From positions 1-32,759 of the forward strand of contig JAUPUG010000038.1 of the NCBI GenBank assembly GCA_030917685.1: 32,759 nucleotides of DNA. Reading direction: 5' to 3'. A program made the position numbers and the translations under genes. Positions 9,232-18,506 of this stretch are shown here, in pieces; position 1 is the first letter of the stretch, and each line of letters opens with the position of its first letter. Origin of the DNA: Patescibacteria group bacterium. Lineage in GTDB: Bacteria; Patescibacteriota; Minisyncoccia; Phycocordibacterales; CAIZLB01. The notes beneath the pieces were generated by a model that saw only the letters and a program-made list of their open reading frames with translations, was not told the origin of the DNA and did not search any database.

Positions 9232-9594
9232 ATGAAAAACATCGCAACAATTATCGTTATATTACTTATTGGCTTTGGGATTTACTATTTTGCAAATGAA
9301 TATGCTGTCACAAGACAGATGAATGAACAGATGATGGAGGAGTCATTTATGGACGAAAGCTTAGAAGGAGACTACCAAGAAAATGTACAAGGAGACGTAC
9401 AGACAGGCTCTCAAGGAAATGTGCAAGGAAAAATTAATATCAATGAAGTGTGTCAGGGTGCTTTGATTCGTATGACATTCCCTGACGGTGCTGCAGCAGA
9501 AAAATTTGTTGCAGAGTGTAAAGAAGGTAAGCACCCAGAAGTGATTGAACAGTTCAAGGCGGAGATGAATTTGGGGGATGGAGCGGAGATTTAG
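9232..9594 (+). CDS. Small membrane-anchored hypothetical protein
   Basis: N-terminal TM helix, two-Cys C-terminal domain, TATAAT just upstream. Confidence 0.75.
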   Translation: MKNIATIIVILLIGFGIYYFANEYAVTRQMNEQMMEESFMDESLEGDYQENVQGDVQTGSQGNVQGKININEVCQGALIRMTFPDGAAAEKFVAECKEGKHPEVIEQFKAEMNLGDGAEI

Positions 9595-9640
9595 TTTTAA
9601 GTATAAGAGTCGAGATTCAAATAAAATATTACCTATACAA

Positions 9641-10573
9641 ATGAATACAAACCAAGATGTCGAAAAAATGAAAAAAGAAGTTTCTAGAAGTGGAAGTTTT
9701 ATATATGCTGTGGGGTGGCTCACAATTGCAGTCAATATGGGAATATATATTTGGAGCCTTGTTGACGATGAAAGTTTTAGGAGTAGTGGATTGTTTGCAT
9801 CTGATCTCTTTGGTGTACTTATTACAATTTTTGGTGCAAGTATCTTTATTATCCTAGGTCAACGTATCAAAAAACTTGTCGACGTGAACACTCAAAGATA
9901 TTTATATATAGTGCTTTGTCTTGCGTTCTTGTTCTTAATTGGCTCTATTGCTACAGGAGGTCGTGTAGGTGTCATTGCACTCCTTTTGTTCGGATACATC
10001 ATTTACGGGCTCATGTTAATGCGCAAGTTAATGAAGATTCCAGAGTTTACTTCTACCTTATTAAAACCAAAGTATGTTCTTGATAAAAAGGGTTGGTTTG
10101 TATATATCGTTGGTACTTTCCTGTTGCTAGTAGTAGTTGCCAGTTTCATTACTATAGGGACAGAACCAACCGCTCTGACAACATCAGATACAGCGAATAC
10201 AAATTATATGACTAAAGAAGACTCAGCTAGATATGAAAGAATTGTAGAGACAGTAGAATATCTTAAGAGTGAATCCCCTTTGCCTCTCGAGGCTGACAGT
10301 GTCTTAACTTTAAGAGATATTGTTGCAGAGCCACAAGCAATTCGTTATGAATTCATTATCAATAGTATAAATACTGATGCATTGAGTAAGCTCTCCAGCG
10401 ATGATTTTAAGAAAAGACTAACTTCTGTATCTTGTAACGATGAAGGAACTATCGAGATGCTACGAGACGGTATTACAATTAAGAATCATTATAGTGTAAA
10501 AGATTCAGAGCAGACATTTGCTGCTGAAATAACAGAGGCTGATTGTATATCTGATGAAAAACTCTCAATCTAA
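9641..10573 (+). CDS. Membrane protein (about 5 TM) with C-terminal extracytoplasmic domain
   Basis: ATG 9641 is preferred over 9578, which overlaps the previous gene. The two-Cys C-terminal domain loosely resembles PA3611/AspS-like folds. Confidence 0.65.
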   Translation: MNTNQDVEKMKKEVSRSGSFIYAVGWLTIAVNMGIYIWSLVDDESFRSSGLFASDLFGVLITIFGASIFIILGQRIKKLVDVNTQRYLYIVLCLAFLFLIGSIATGGRVGVIALLLFGYIIYGLMLMRKLMKIPEFTSTLLKPKYVLDKKGWFVYIVGTFLLLVVVASFITIGTEPTALTTSDTANTNYMTKEDSARYERIVETVEYLKSESPLPLEADSVLTLRDIVAEPQAIRYEFIINSINTDALSKLSSDDFKKRLTSVSCNDEGTIEMLRDGITIKNHYSVKDSEQTFAAEITEADCISDEKLSI

Positions 10574-10610
10574 AATAGAATTCTCCAGTTTGGGGTGTAT
10601 AATATTCGGC

Positions 10611-11888
10611 ATGCACACCTCCAAAAATATCTTCCTCTGGGCGCTATACGACTTCGCGAACTATCTCATTTAGATTGTCTTATTTTTGTATTTTGCCCAG
10701 TGGATTGTTATTGAAAAAGGTTTGTCTGATCTTGCATTCAATCTTACTTTTACTGTCTCTACAATATTTTTGATCTGTACTGCACCATTTCTTGGGGTGA
10801 TGCTTGATAAAAAAATGAGAAGAATTACGGGGCTACGATGGACGACACTTTCAACTGCCATATTGTATGGAGCCTGTGCATTTTTTGCAGTTTCGGGTTC
10901 TGCTATTCCAGCCCTTATATTTTTTACTCTTGGTATGTTTTCATACCAGCTTACATTTACTTGTTATACACCTCTTATAAATGACATCGCTACACCAGAG
11001 AGACGAGGGCGAATTTCGGGTTATGGAATCGCTGCGAATTACTTCGGGCAATTTGTGGGCCTCTTGTTTGTACTTCCATTTTCAAAAGGAGCTATTAGTT
11101 GGTTTGAATCATCTCCTCGAGTTGAGACACTTTTTCCTGCGGTGATAGCTTTTGTATTGGTGTCTTTGCCTATGCTTATTTGGTTTAAGGAAGATCACAA
11201 AGCGTCACTTGGTGAGACTGGCAAAGAGTCGGGTGGCGAGGCTGTCGGTGCAAATAGTACCGAAATACAATTCGCATCAAGTACAAAAGAATTAATTCAC
11301 AAGACAAAACAATTGTTTGCAGTTCCTGGTGTTGGATTATTTATCCTCGCATATTTCTTTTTCAATGATGCGATTCTGACAGCTTCAAATAATTTTCCAA
11401 TATTCATGCAACAAGTGTGGGGAGTTTCTGATACGACGAAGACTTATATATTACTGGGGATTATTTTAACCTCTGCTATCGGAGGCTTGGTTTCTGGATT
11501 TGTGGCTGATAAGTTCGGACACAAAAGAACTCTATTTTACATTTTGGTGGGCTGGGTGTTCATTTTGCCTTTTGTAGGATTCATTCAAGATTTCACTTTG
11601 TTTGTAGTTGCGACTACAGTGATGGGTTTATGGTTTGGTTCAAACTGGGCAGTGTCACGGTCAGTTATGTCATATCTCACCCCGTCAGGATCCCACAATC
11701 TTGCGTTTTCATATTTTAATCTTATTGAGCGTGCATCATCGCTTGTTGGCCCTATTGTATGGGGACTTGTCGTTACAGGCTTGATATCTATGGGAAGTTA
11801 TCGATACCGGCTAGCTACACTTGCAGTGACCCTATTTATATTGTTGGGTCTTTGGTGTTTGACGAAGGTGAGGAGTGATAGGGTATAA
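10611..11888 (+). pseudogene. MFS transporter (UMF1/Atg22-like) with in-frame TAG at codon 21
   Basis: ATG 10611 reads MHTSKNIFLWALYDFANYLI*IVLFLYFAQW. The WALYDFAN family motif lies upstream of the TAG (10671-10673), in frame with the 10686 ORF. Confidence 0.8.
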
Positions 11889-11914
11889 TAACTATATAAT
11901 TTAATCATAAAAAT

Positions 11915-12163
11915 ATGAATTGCGAACAAAATTGCCAAAGTTGTTTAATGCCATTTACTAAAGATAAGGGAGTTAGAGAATCTGACAAGTACTGCAGTCT
12001 TTGTTTTAAAGACGGTAAACTTTGTTATGAAGGAAATAATCTGAAGGAGTTCCAAGATGTTTGTTATAGAAGCATGTTGGCGAATGGAACTAATCCAATA
12101 CTCGCCTGGTTTTATACAAAGATGATTGCGAGGGCACCAAGGTGGAAGAACACTGCAAAGTAG
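11915..12163 (+). CDS. Putative zinc-ribbon protein
   Basis: CQSCLMP...YCSLCFKDG...PRWK pattern. Confidence 0.8.
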   Translation: MNCEQNCQSCLMPFTKDKGVRESDKYCSLCFKDGKLCYEGNNLKEFQDVCYRSMLANGTNPILAWFYTKMIARAPRWKNTAK

Positions 12164-12184
12164 TTTGGACGGCGAGGTAATCTT

Positions 12185-12270
12185 AATGTTATTGAATTCA
12201 ATAACATTTAAATGAGAACAAAGTGTGAGTGTCAACTATCTAAAGTATATACTTCGGATAGTTGACACTC
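12185..12270. repeat. Two adjacent palindromes
   Basis: Perfect 24-bp AATGTTATTGAATTCAATAACATT (12185-12208); 44-bp GAGTGTCAACTATC-ta-AAGTATATACTT-cg-GATAGTTGACACTC (12227-12270). Confidence 0.9.
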
Positions 12271-12356
12271 TACTCACAGAAGGAGAACCTTTGCTATACT
12301 GATTGATGACCAAAACTAATTTGTAGCACTAATTTGCAACCAAACAAAAACTTATA

Positions 12357-12689
12357 ATGAAACACCTTATCCCATCAATTCAAGATCCGCTCGGTTCACA
12401 TATACATGCCAATTCTACAGCGCAGGTTATTGACCTTGCTGAGGAACAAAAACTCGCACGTGAGGTAGAGGGGCTTATTGAACTTCATGATTTTATAAAA
12501 GCTCATCCTGATGCGCCAGTGAAAGATATTGCAAAGTTTATGCCACCTGTTGATGCGCGTGTGGTAAATAAAGCGATACAGGCTCTGGCTATTCGAGACA
12601 AAAATCTCACAGCTGAAGAAAAAGAAGCTATTATACAAAGAGCTCGTTCAATACAGCTTGATCCAAAGGTGAAGAAGTGGGGGAAGTAG
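12357..12689 (+). CDS. Hypothetical protein
   Basis: 110-aa helical ORF; extended -10 TGCTATACT at 12292-12300. Confidence 0.6.
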   Translation: MKHLIPSIQDPLGSHIHANSTAQVIDLAEEQKLAREVEGLIELHDFIKAHPDAPVKDIAKFMPPVDARVVNKAIQALAIRDKNLTAEEKEAIIQRARSIQLDPKVKKWGK

Positions 12690-12720
12690 GTTTTTTTATC
12701 ACACAATCCACACCCATCAC

Positions 12721-12749
12721 TTGCACGTTAGATAGTATCCACGTATATT
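12721..12749 (+). promoter_or_regulatory. Promoter for leader peptide/cysDN
   Basis: TTGCAC-17 bp-TATATT; the leader ATG follows 7 nt later. Confidence 0.7.
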
Positions 12750-12756
12750 GTCATAC

Positions 12757-12831
12757 ATGAATGCAATAGCAAAGACAAAAACAACTGCAACAGTATCTGT
12801 TTGTATGTGTAACTCTAGAACTCATATCTAG
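12757..12831 (+). CDS. Cys/Met leader peptide (24 aa, MNAIAKTKTTATVSVCMCNSRTHI)
   Basis: Consecutive TGT-ATG-TGT codons at 12802-12810 upstream of cysD; the stop codon lies inside the antiterminator arm. Confidence 0.8.
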   Translation: MNAIAKTKTTATVSVCMCNSRTHI

Positions 12832-12909
12832 GGTTAGTCTTGCTATCACCATTTCCTCCACGAGTATTGATATCAGAAACAAGCCCTAGAGATAGGGTTT
12901 GTTTTTTTT
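12811..12909 (+). terminator. Transcription attenuator (protector, antiterminator, terminator)
   Basis: 1:2 AACTCTAGA/TCTAGGGTT; 2:3 TCTAGGGTT/AGCCCTAGA; 3:4 AAACAAGCCCTA-gaga-TAGGGTTTGTTT followed by a T-run. Confidence 0.8.
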
Positions 12910-12976
12910 ATTAATTAACTAATGAAAGAAAGTCGCACCATAAGGACGGTCGTGTGGCTTGATTTCGCAAAATCAC

Positions 12977-13882
12977 ATGACACAGAAACACAATAATCAT
13001 TTAGACCAACTTGAGTCTGAAGCAATATTTATTTTCCGAGAGGCAGTAGAACAGTTTGAGAATCCCGTGCTCCTATTTTCTGGAGGAAAAGATTCAATCA
13101 CGCTTGTTCATCTGGCTCACAAAGCCTTTTACCCAGCCAAGATTCCATTCTCATTACTCCATATAGATACTGGACATAATTTTACAGAGACATTGGATTT
13201 TCGTGATGAGCTTGTAAAAAAGTATGGCGTTGATCTTGAGGTCGGGTATGTACAAGACTTGATAGATAGAGGGGTGGTACAAGAGGAAAAGGGAATTAAT
13301 CCAAGTCGAAACGGCCTCCAGTCCGCGACATTGCTCGAAAAACTTTCACAAAAAAAGTATGACGCTGCATTTGGTGGTGGAAGACGTGATGAAGAAAAAG
13401 CGCGTGCAAAAGAACGATTCTTTTCACATCGAGACGAATTCGGTCAGTGGGATCCAAAGAATCAAAGACCTGAAGTGTGGAATCTGTTTAACGGCAAAAA
13501 AGCACCAGGAGAATCGTTTCGAGTATTTCCTATATCAAACTTGACTGAGACTGATGTGTGGGAGTACATACAACGAGAAAAGATAGATTTACCAAGTTTG
13601 TATTTTGCACATGAGCGTAGTGTGGTTGAACGTGACGGCACCCTGCTCGCAGAATCGTCATACAACACACTGCTTCCAGGTGAATCATATGAGAAGCGAC
13701 GTATTCGATATCGAACACTCGGTTGTGTGACTATAACCGGCGCTGTTGAATCAGATGCTGACACGATAGACAAAGTAATAGAAGAAGTTAGAAGCTCAAA
13801 AGTAACTGAAAGAGGGACGCGGGCAGATGATGCCCGTTCAGAAGTTGCGATGGAAGAACGAAAGAAACAGGGATATTTTTAG
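12977..13882 (+). CDS. cysD: Sulfate adenylyltransferase subunit 2
   Basis: LESEAIFIFRE, LFSGGKDS, HIDTGHNF, GGGRRDEEKARAKER, MEERKKQGYF. ATG 12977 is preferred over TTG 12959. Confidence 0.96.
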   Translation: MTQKHNNHLDQLESEAIFIFREAVEQFENPVLLFSGGKDSITLVHLAHKAFYPAKIPFSLLHIDTGHNFTETLDFRDELVKKYGVDLEVGYVQDLIDRGVVQEEKGINPSRNGLQSATLLEKLSQKKYDAAFGGGRRDEEKARAKERFFSHRDEFGQWDPKNQRPEVWNLFNGKKAPGESFRVFPISNLTETDVWEYIQREKIDLPSLYFAHERSVVERDGTLLAESSYNTLLPGESYEKRRIRYRTLGCVTITGAVESDADTIDKVIEEVRSSKVTERGTRADDARSEVAMEERKKQGYF

Positions 13883-13922
13883 AAATAGTTGATGGAAATT
13901 ACATAAATTAAATAACAACCAA

Positions 13923-15413
13923 ATGAAACAAAAAGAATATATAGAACCTTCGCCAGTTAGGCATACAGGAACGGAGAGTGCCATAGCTGCACAAGCACCG
14001 CATTATAAAAAAACTCACCAAGTAGACCTCTTGCGGTTTATAACAGCAGGTAGTGTAGATGATGGAAAAAGTACACTCATAGGGCGACTGATGTACGATA
14101 CAAAATCAATATTTGAAGATCAGCTTAAAGCAATAGAAGCTTCTAGTAAAAAGCGTGGAGATGCACAAGTAGATCTTGCACTTCTGACCGACGGGCTTAA
14201 AGCTGAGCGTGAACAGGGTATTACTATCGATGTAGCATATAGATATTTTTCTACACCAAATAGAAAATTTATTATGGCAGACACTCCAGGACATATTGAA
14301 TATACACGTAACATGTTCACTGGTGCATCAACTGCTGATGCTGTAATTATTTTAATAGATGCACGACATGGAGTTATTGAGCAAACGCGAAGACATACTT
14401 TTATAGCTACGTTGCTCGGTATTCGTCACATCATCGTTGCTATCAACAAGATGGACTTAGTAGATTTTGATCAAAAAATTTTTGAAAAAATAAAAGAGGA
14501 ATATCAAACTTTGATAGCTTCGACGCTGTCTGGTTCAACGTCAAAAAATAAACACGAACTTCATTTCATTCCAATAAGTGCATTGCGTGGTGATAATGTA
14601 GTAGATATTTCAAAACACACACCATGGTATAAAGGCGATACGATTTTGGAGACTTTAGAAAATGTGGATGTGCATTCAGGTGTAAATGTAAATCAACACT
14701 CGCTGGCAGCAGACGCGAACCCTGTGTCTCTCGGTAGATTTCCAGTGCAGAGAGTAATACGTCCGCAGTCAGCTGAGTTCCCAGATTTTCGAGGTTATGC
14801 AGGGCGGGTCGAGGGTGGAGTATTTCGTCCTGGCGATTCGGTTGTGATATTTCCCTCAGATCAAAAGACGCGAATCGATAAGATATATAAATATAAAAAT
14901 GAGCCCACTGAAGCAGTATCTTCCGATTCGATTGTAATGACTCTAGTGGATGATATTGATATTAGCAGAGGGGATATGATAGTTCAGGATTATTTACAAA
15001 AATCTGCGCGACAACCTATACACCAGATACATCAACCTATACACCAGTATGCATATCAATCTTTGCCTCAAGTAAGTAATGAGCTGAATGTATTAGTGAA
15101 TTGGTTCAGTGCTACCAACTTGCAAATAGATAGGCTGTATATATTGAGACATACAACACTTGAAACAAAAGCAGTTGTGAAGTCAATTGAATACAAAATA
15201 GATATTCAGACACTTACGCCGATACATACCATGGAAAACAGAGTCGGCACCGATATTGATGTAAAAATTGGGAAAAACGATATCGCGCGGATACAAATAA
15301 AAACTGCAAAGCCATTATATTTTGATTTATTTTCTCAAAATAAAGTTACCGGTTCGATATTACTCATTGATTCGTATACAAATGAGACAGTGGCGGCTGG
15401 TGTTGTTGTGTAG
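13923..15413 (+). CDS. cysN: Sulfate adenylyltransferase subunit 1 (GTPase), no APS kinase fusion
   Basis: GSVDDGKSTLIGRL, EREQGITIDVAYRYF, DTPGH, NKMD; ends at TNETVAAGVV. Confidence 0.96.
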   Translation: MKQKEYIEPSPVRHTGTESAIAAQAPHYKKTHQVDLLRFITAGSVDDGKSTLIGRLMYDTKSIFEDQLKAIEASSKKRGDAQVDLALLTDGLKAEREQGITIDVAYRYFSTPNRKFIMADTPGHIEYTRNMFTGASTADAVIILIDARHGVIEQTRRHTFIATLLGIRHIIVAINKMDLVDFDQKIFEKIKEEYQTLIASTLSGSTSKNKHELHFIPISALRGDNVVDISKHTPWYKGDTILETLENVDVHSGVNVNQHSLAADANPVSLGRFPVQRVIRPQSAEFPDFRGYAGRVEGGVFRPGDSVVIFPSDQKTRIDKIYKYKNEPTEAVSSDSIVMTLVDDIDISRGDMIVQDYLQKSARQPIHQIHQPIHQYAYQSLPQVSNELNVLVNWFSATNLQIDRLYILRHTTLETKAVVKSIEYKIDIQTLTPIHTMENRVGTDIDVKIGKNDIARIQIKTAKPLYFDLFSQNKVTGSILLIDSYTNETVAAGVVV

Positions 15414-15577
15414 AGATCTTATTGTGATGTCTATATTTCAGGTCATCCATCTTGTCTATTGGCGAATTAATTCTTCACACATCCTTCATATTTGCAGATA
15501 TATAGTAGTGTTATACTAAAGTAGTAATACAGTAAAAAAAGACTTACAAATAATATAACTCATAACATATACATAAT

Positions 15578-16054
15578 ATGCAAAAAAATAAAGTAATCGC
15601 GATTGCAGTTCTAATGCTCATAATCGGACTCGTGCTTGGCTCTGTATTAGATAATAAAATGGATAAGAAAGGTAAATATGGATATGGTAAAGACCGCGGA
15701 GGCCAGATGATGAATAAAGGTGAATTTGCGGGCGATATGAAAGGTGGTCATCAAATGGGTTCACATATGATGCCAAACGGAGAAATGATGAGCAATGGTA
15801 CAGAGAGTATGAGTATGGCAGATATGATGCAGAGTATGAATGCTGAGCTACAAGGAAAAACTGGTGATGCATTTGATCAGGCTTTTCTTTCTGAAATGAT
15901 TATTCATCATCAAGGTGCTGTGGAGATGGCGCAGCTTGCACTGACAAATGCAAAACATCAGGAAATTAAGGATCTAGCTAAAGCTATAATCGCGGCACAG
16001 AACAAGGAAATTGCAGATATGAAAGGGTGGATGAAAGAATGGTATCAGAAGTAG
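15578..16054 (+). CDS. DUF305-domain Met-rich protein (CopM-like, possibly metal binding)
   Basis: FDQAFLSEMIIHHQGAVEMA...IIAAQNKEI..MKGW; N-terminal TM; Met/His-rich linker. Confidence 0.88.
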   Translation: MQKNKVIAIAVLMLIIGLVLGSVLDNKMDKKGKYGYGKDRGGQMMNKGEFAGDMKGGHQMGSHMMPNGEMMSNGTESMSMADMMQSMNAELQGKTGDAFDQAFLSEMIIHHQGAVEMAQLALTNAKHQEIKDLAKAIIAAQNKEIADMKGWMKEWYQK

Positions 16055-16224
16055 TTATTTGTTGATTTTTCTCGATTTTAAAATTTAGTCAAAATCTCTA
16101 GATTGGTTGCATTTTACAACCTTATATAAAAGTGTATTATCCTAGCTAGATTCATCTGCGAATCGAAATATCATTTTGTGTTCAGAAAATAAACATTAAC
16201 TTAAACAAAAGAAAGGACGAGCCA

Positions 16225-16818
16225 GTGAACAGTACTATACAAGAAAATACAAGTGTTACCTCAGAAAACATCATTCTAATCCAGAGGCTTCTAAAACAGG
16301 GTGAGGGTGGAATTCTGACTGTTGATTTGTTTTGGGAGTCTGATCCGTCTCATGGTTGCCATATGTATCTGTATAATCGGGCTGAGATCGAGCAGGTAGA
16401 TGGTAATGGCCCCGCAAGGTGGACTATTTCCACCGAAAGAGGAACTAAGAAAGTTGAAGGTGCAGACTATCAAACAGGCTGGGAGCATGACAGATGGTAC
16501 ACGTTTCGACCTCGCAGGATCGGAGAGGAAACTTTTCCAAATAAGATACTCGCTGATGAAAAGATTGCCTTCTTTCTTGGAATGCATAGCACCACACAGA
16601 AAGGTTTTGGTTTTACTGACCACAATCTGGCAATCTATATCCCCAATGTTGGTGGAAATCGTGAGCATGCTGTGCGGCAAGGATTGATGCATATCATCGA
16701 TGAAGTGCTTAAGATGCGTGCTGATATTGCTGACTCAGAATTCGATGAGCTCTGGCGGTATATCAGTCAAGATCTGAAAGATGGAAAAGCAGTCCTTGCG
16801 AGTCTTATTGGGTGTTAA
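16225..16818 (+). CDS. Hypothetical protein
   Basis: 197-aa ORF; GTG start preceded by GAAAGGA; own terminator downstream. Confidence 0.6.
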   Translation: MNSTIQENTSVTSENIILIQRLLKQGEGGILTVDLFWESDPSHGCHMYLYNRAEIEQVDGNGPARWTISTERGTKKVEGADYQTGWEHDRWYTFRPRRIGEETFPNKILADEKIAFFLGMHSTTQKGFGFTDHNLAIYIPNVGGNREHAVRQGLMHIIDEVLKMRADIADSEFDELWRYISQDLKDGKAVLASLIGC

Positions 16819-16856
16819 CTCACTGAGTGCCCTGAGGTTTTGTTAGTCTATCTGTT

Positions 16857-16895
16857 AACCCGATAGTGTTCTTCATTGAATGCTGTCGGGTTTTT
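16857..16895 (+). terminator. Intrinsic terminator
   Basis: AACCCGATAGTGTTC/GAATGCTGTCGGGTT stem with G-U pairs, followed by a T-run. Confidence 0.7.
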
Positions 16896-16917
16896 GTTTG
16901 ATATACTTATTTTGCAG

Positions 16918-17496
16918 ATGACATTTAAACTCCTCTACAACGAAATAGGTCCACTTGGTACACCATATCAAAAAGGAGATTGGAAAAAGTTTGCCATACA
17001 TATTGATACGGAGGTAAAAGGATTTTTTGGTGACTATCAGTTTTTGAGTAATTTTTGGCCGTGCCACGTGACCCTTGATGGCGTCTCGTACAAAAGTGTA
17101 GAGCTCGCATATCAAGCATCAAAGTGGAAAGCGGGTACAGACCGTGAATATTTTACAAACTGCACCAGTCTTCAGTCTATCGAATACAATAGAACTCACA
17201 CTGGATCCAGTGCCAGTGCGGGTGTTGACGGCGGTGCTCATGTAAGTGCTCCAAATGGATATACCCCTGACGAGTGGAATGCAGTTAAAGTTTCAATTAT
17301 GCGATCTCTCCTTGAACAGAAGTTTGATAGAGAGATGAATCCAGAGCTCTACGCACAACTGTTGGCGACTGGTACAAAACACCTAGAGGAAATGAATTGG
17401 TGGGGTGACACCTTCTGGGGTACTGATAAGGAGGGGAAGGGTGACAATATGCTGGGGAGGTTGTTGATGGAGGTTAGAGATAGGTCGGATCAATAG
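16918..17496 (+). CDS. NADAR (YbiA-like) family protein
   Basis: FLSNFWP, SVELAYQASK, LEQKF, LLATG..LEE.NWWGDTFWG, GDNMLGRLLMEVR. ATG 16918 follows a TATACT. Confidence 0.88.
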   Translation: MTFKLLYNEIGPLGTPYQKGDWKKFAIHIDTEVKGFFGDYQFLSNFWPCHVTLDGVSYKSVELAYQASKWKAGTDREYFTNCTSLQSIEYNRTHTGSSASAGVDGGAHVSAPNGYTPDEWNAVKVSIMRSLLEQKFDREMNPELYAQLLATGTKHLEEMNWWGDTFWGTDKEGKGDNMLGRLLMEVRDRSDQ

Positions 17497-17568
17497 ATCA
17501 TCGCATAGACGGACAGTATAGTTCTATAGTTTGTAAAAGTACACACATTGGTCTACACTTGATGTATT

Positions 17569-18462
17569 ATGGCAATTCCAAAATTTGATGAGACAATGCT
17601 TCCTATATTAAGAGTTTTGAGTGATGGTAAACCAAGACAATTAATAGAGGTTTCTGGAATCCTGGAAAATGAATTCGGAGTAACGGATGAGGAGAGAGAA
17701 CAGACTGTTTCAAATGGGTATACAAAGTTCTATGACAGAGTCTCATGGGGAAGAACGTATTTAAAGAAAGCTGGATTAATAGTGCAAGAATCGCGAGGGT
17801 CAGATGTTTGTATAACAGAGGAGGGTTTAAAAATTATAAATGCAAAAATCGATAAAATGGATATAGATTTTCTTAAAAGATATCCATCTTTTATGTTGTT
17901 TGTAGACGGAGGAACTAAAACGCCCGAAGAGATAAATAATACTTTGTCAGGAAATCTCTCACCTCAAGACATGATTGATCAGGGTTTTGCAAGATTCTCG
18001 AATACCCTCAAGAGTGATCTTTTGGAAAAACTGCAGAGTACAAATCCATATTTCTTCGAAAGAGTTGCATTGATACTCTTCCAAAAAATGGGTTATGGTG
18101 ATTTTCAAGAAACTTCAAAATCGGGCGATGGAGGAATTGACGGAGTTATTAGTCAGGATAAGTTAGGTCTAGAGAAAATCTATATTCAAGCAAAGAGATT
18201 TGCGAGTACAAATAAAGTTAGAGAGCCAGAAATTAGAAACTTTATTGGCGCAATGAGTGGAGATGTAAGTAAGGGAATTTTTGTCACGACTTCATCTTTT
18301 GATGAATCTGCAGTACAGAAGGCTAAGAATGCAAGTCATAAGATTGTATTAATTGATGGCGATGCACTCACAGATTTAATGATTAAATATGGAGTAGGTG
18401 TTCAAACTGCCTCAGTCTATGAATTGAAAGAGATCGATACTGACTTTTTCGAAGTATCCTAA
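17569..18462 (+). CDS. mrr: Mrr restriction endonuclease (type IV)
   Basis: Mrr_N (MAIPKFDETMLPIL...WGRTYLKKAGL) plus Mrr_cat (SGDGGIDG...IYIQAKR...GIFVTTS). Confidence 0.93.
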   Translation: MAIPKFDETMLPILRVLSDGKPRQLIEVSGILENEFGVTDEEREQTVSNGYTKFYDRVSWGRTYLKKAGLIVQESRGSDVCITEEGLKIINAKIDKMDIDFLKRYPSFMLFVDGGTKTPEEINNTLSGNLSPQDMIDQGFARFSNTLKSDLLEKLQSTNPYFFERVALILFQKMGYGDFQETSKSGDGGIDGVISQDKLGLEKIYIQAKRFASTNKVREPEIRNFIGAMSGDVSKGIFVTTSSFDESAVQKAKNASHKIVLIDGDALTDLMIKYGVGVQTASVYELKEIDTDFFEVS

Positions 18463-18506
18463 AATCTAGCCAAAATGCATATAAAATATGCTAAAATACC
18501 CTACAC

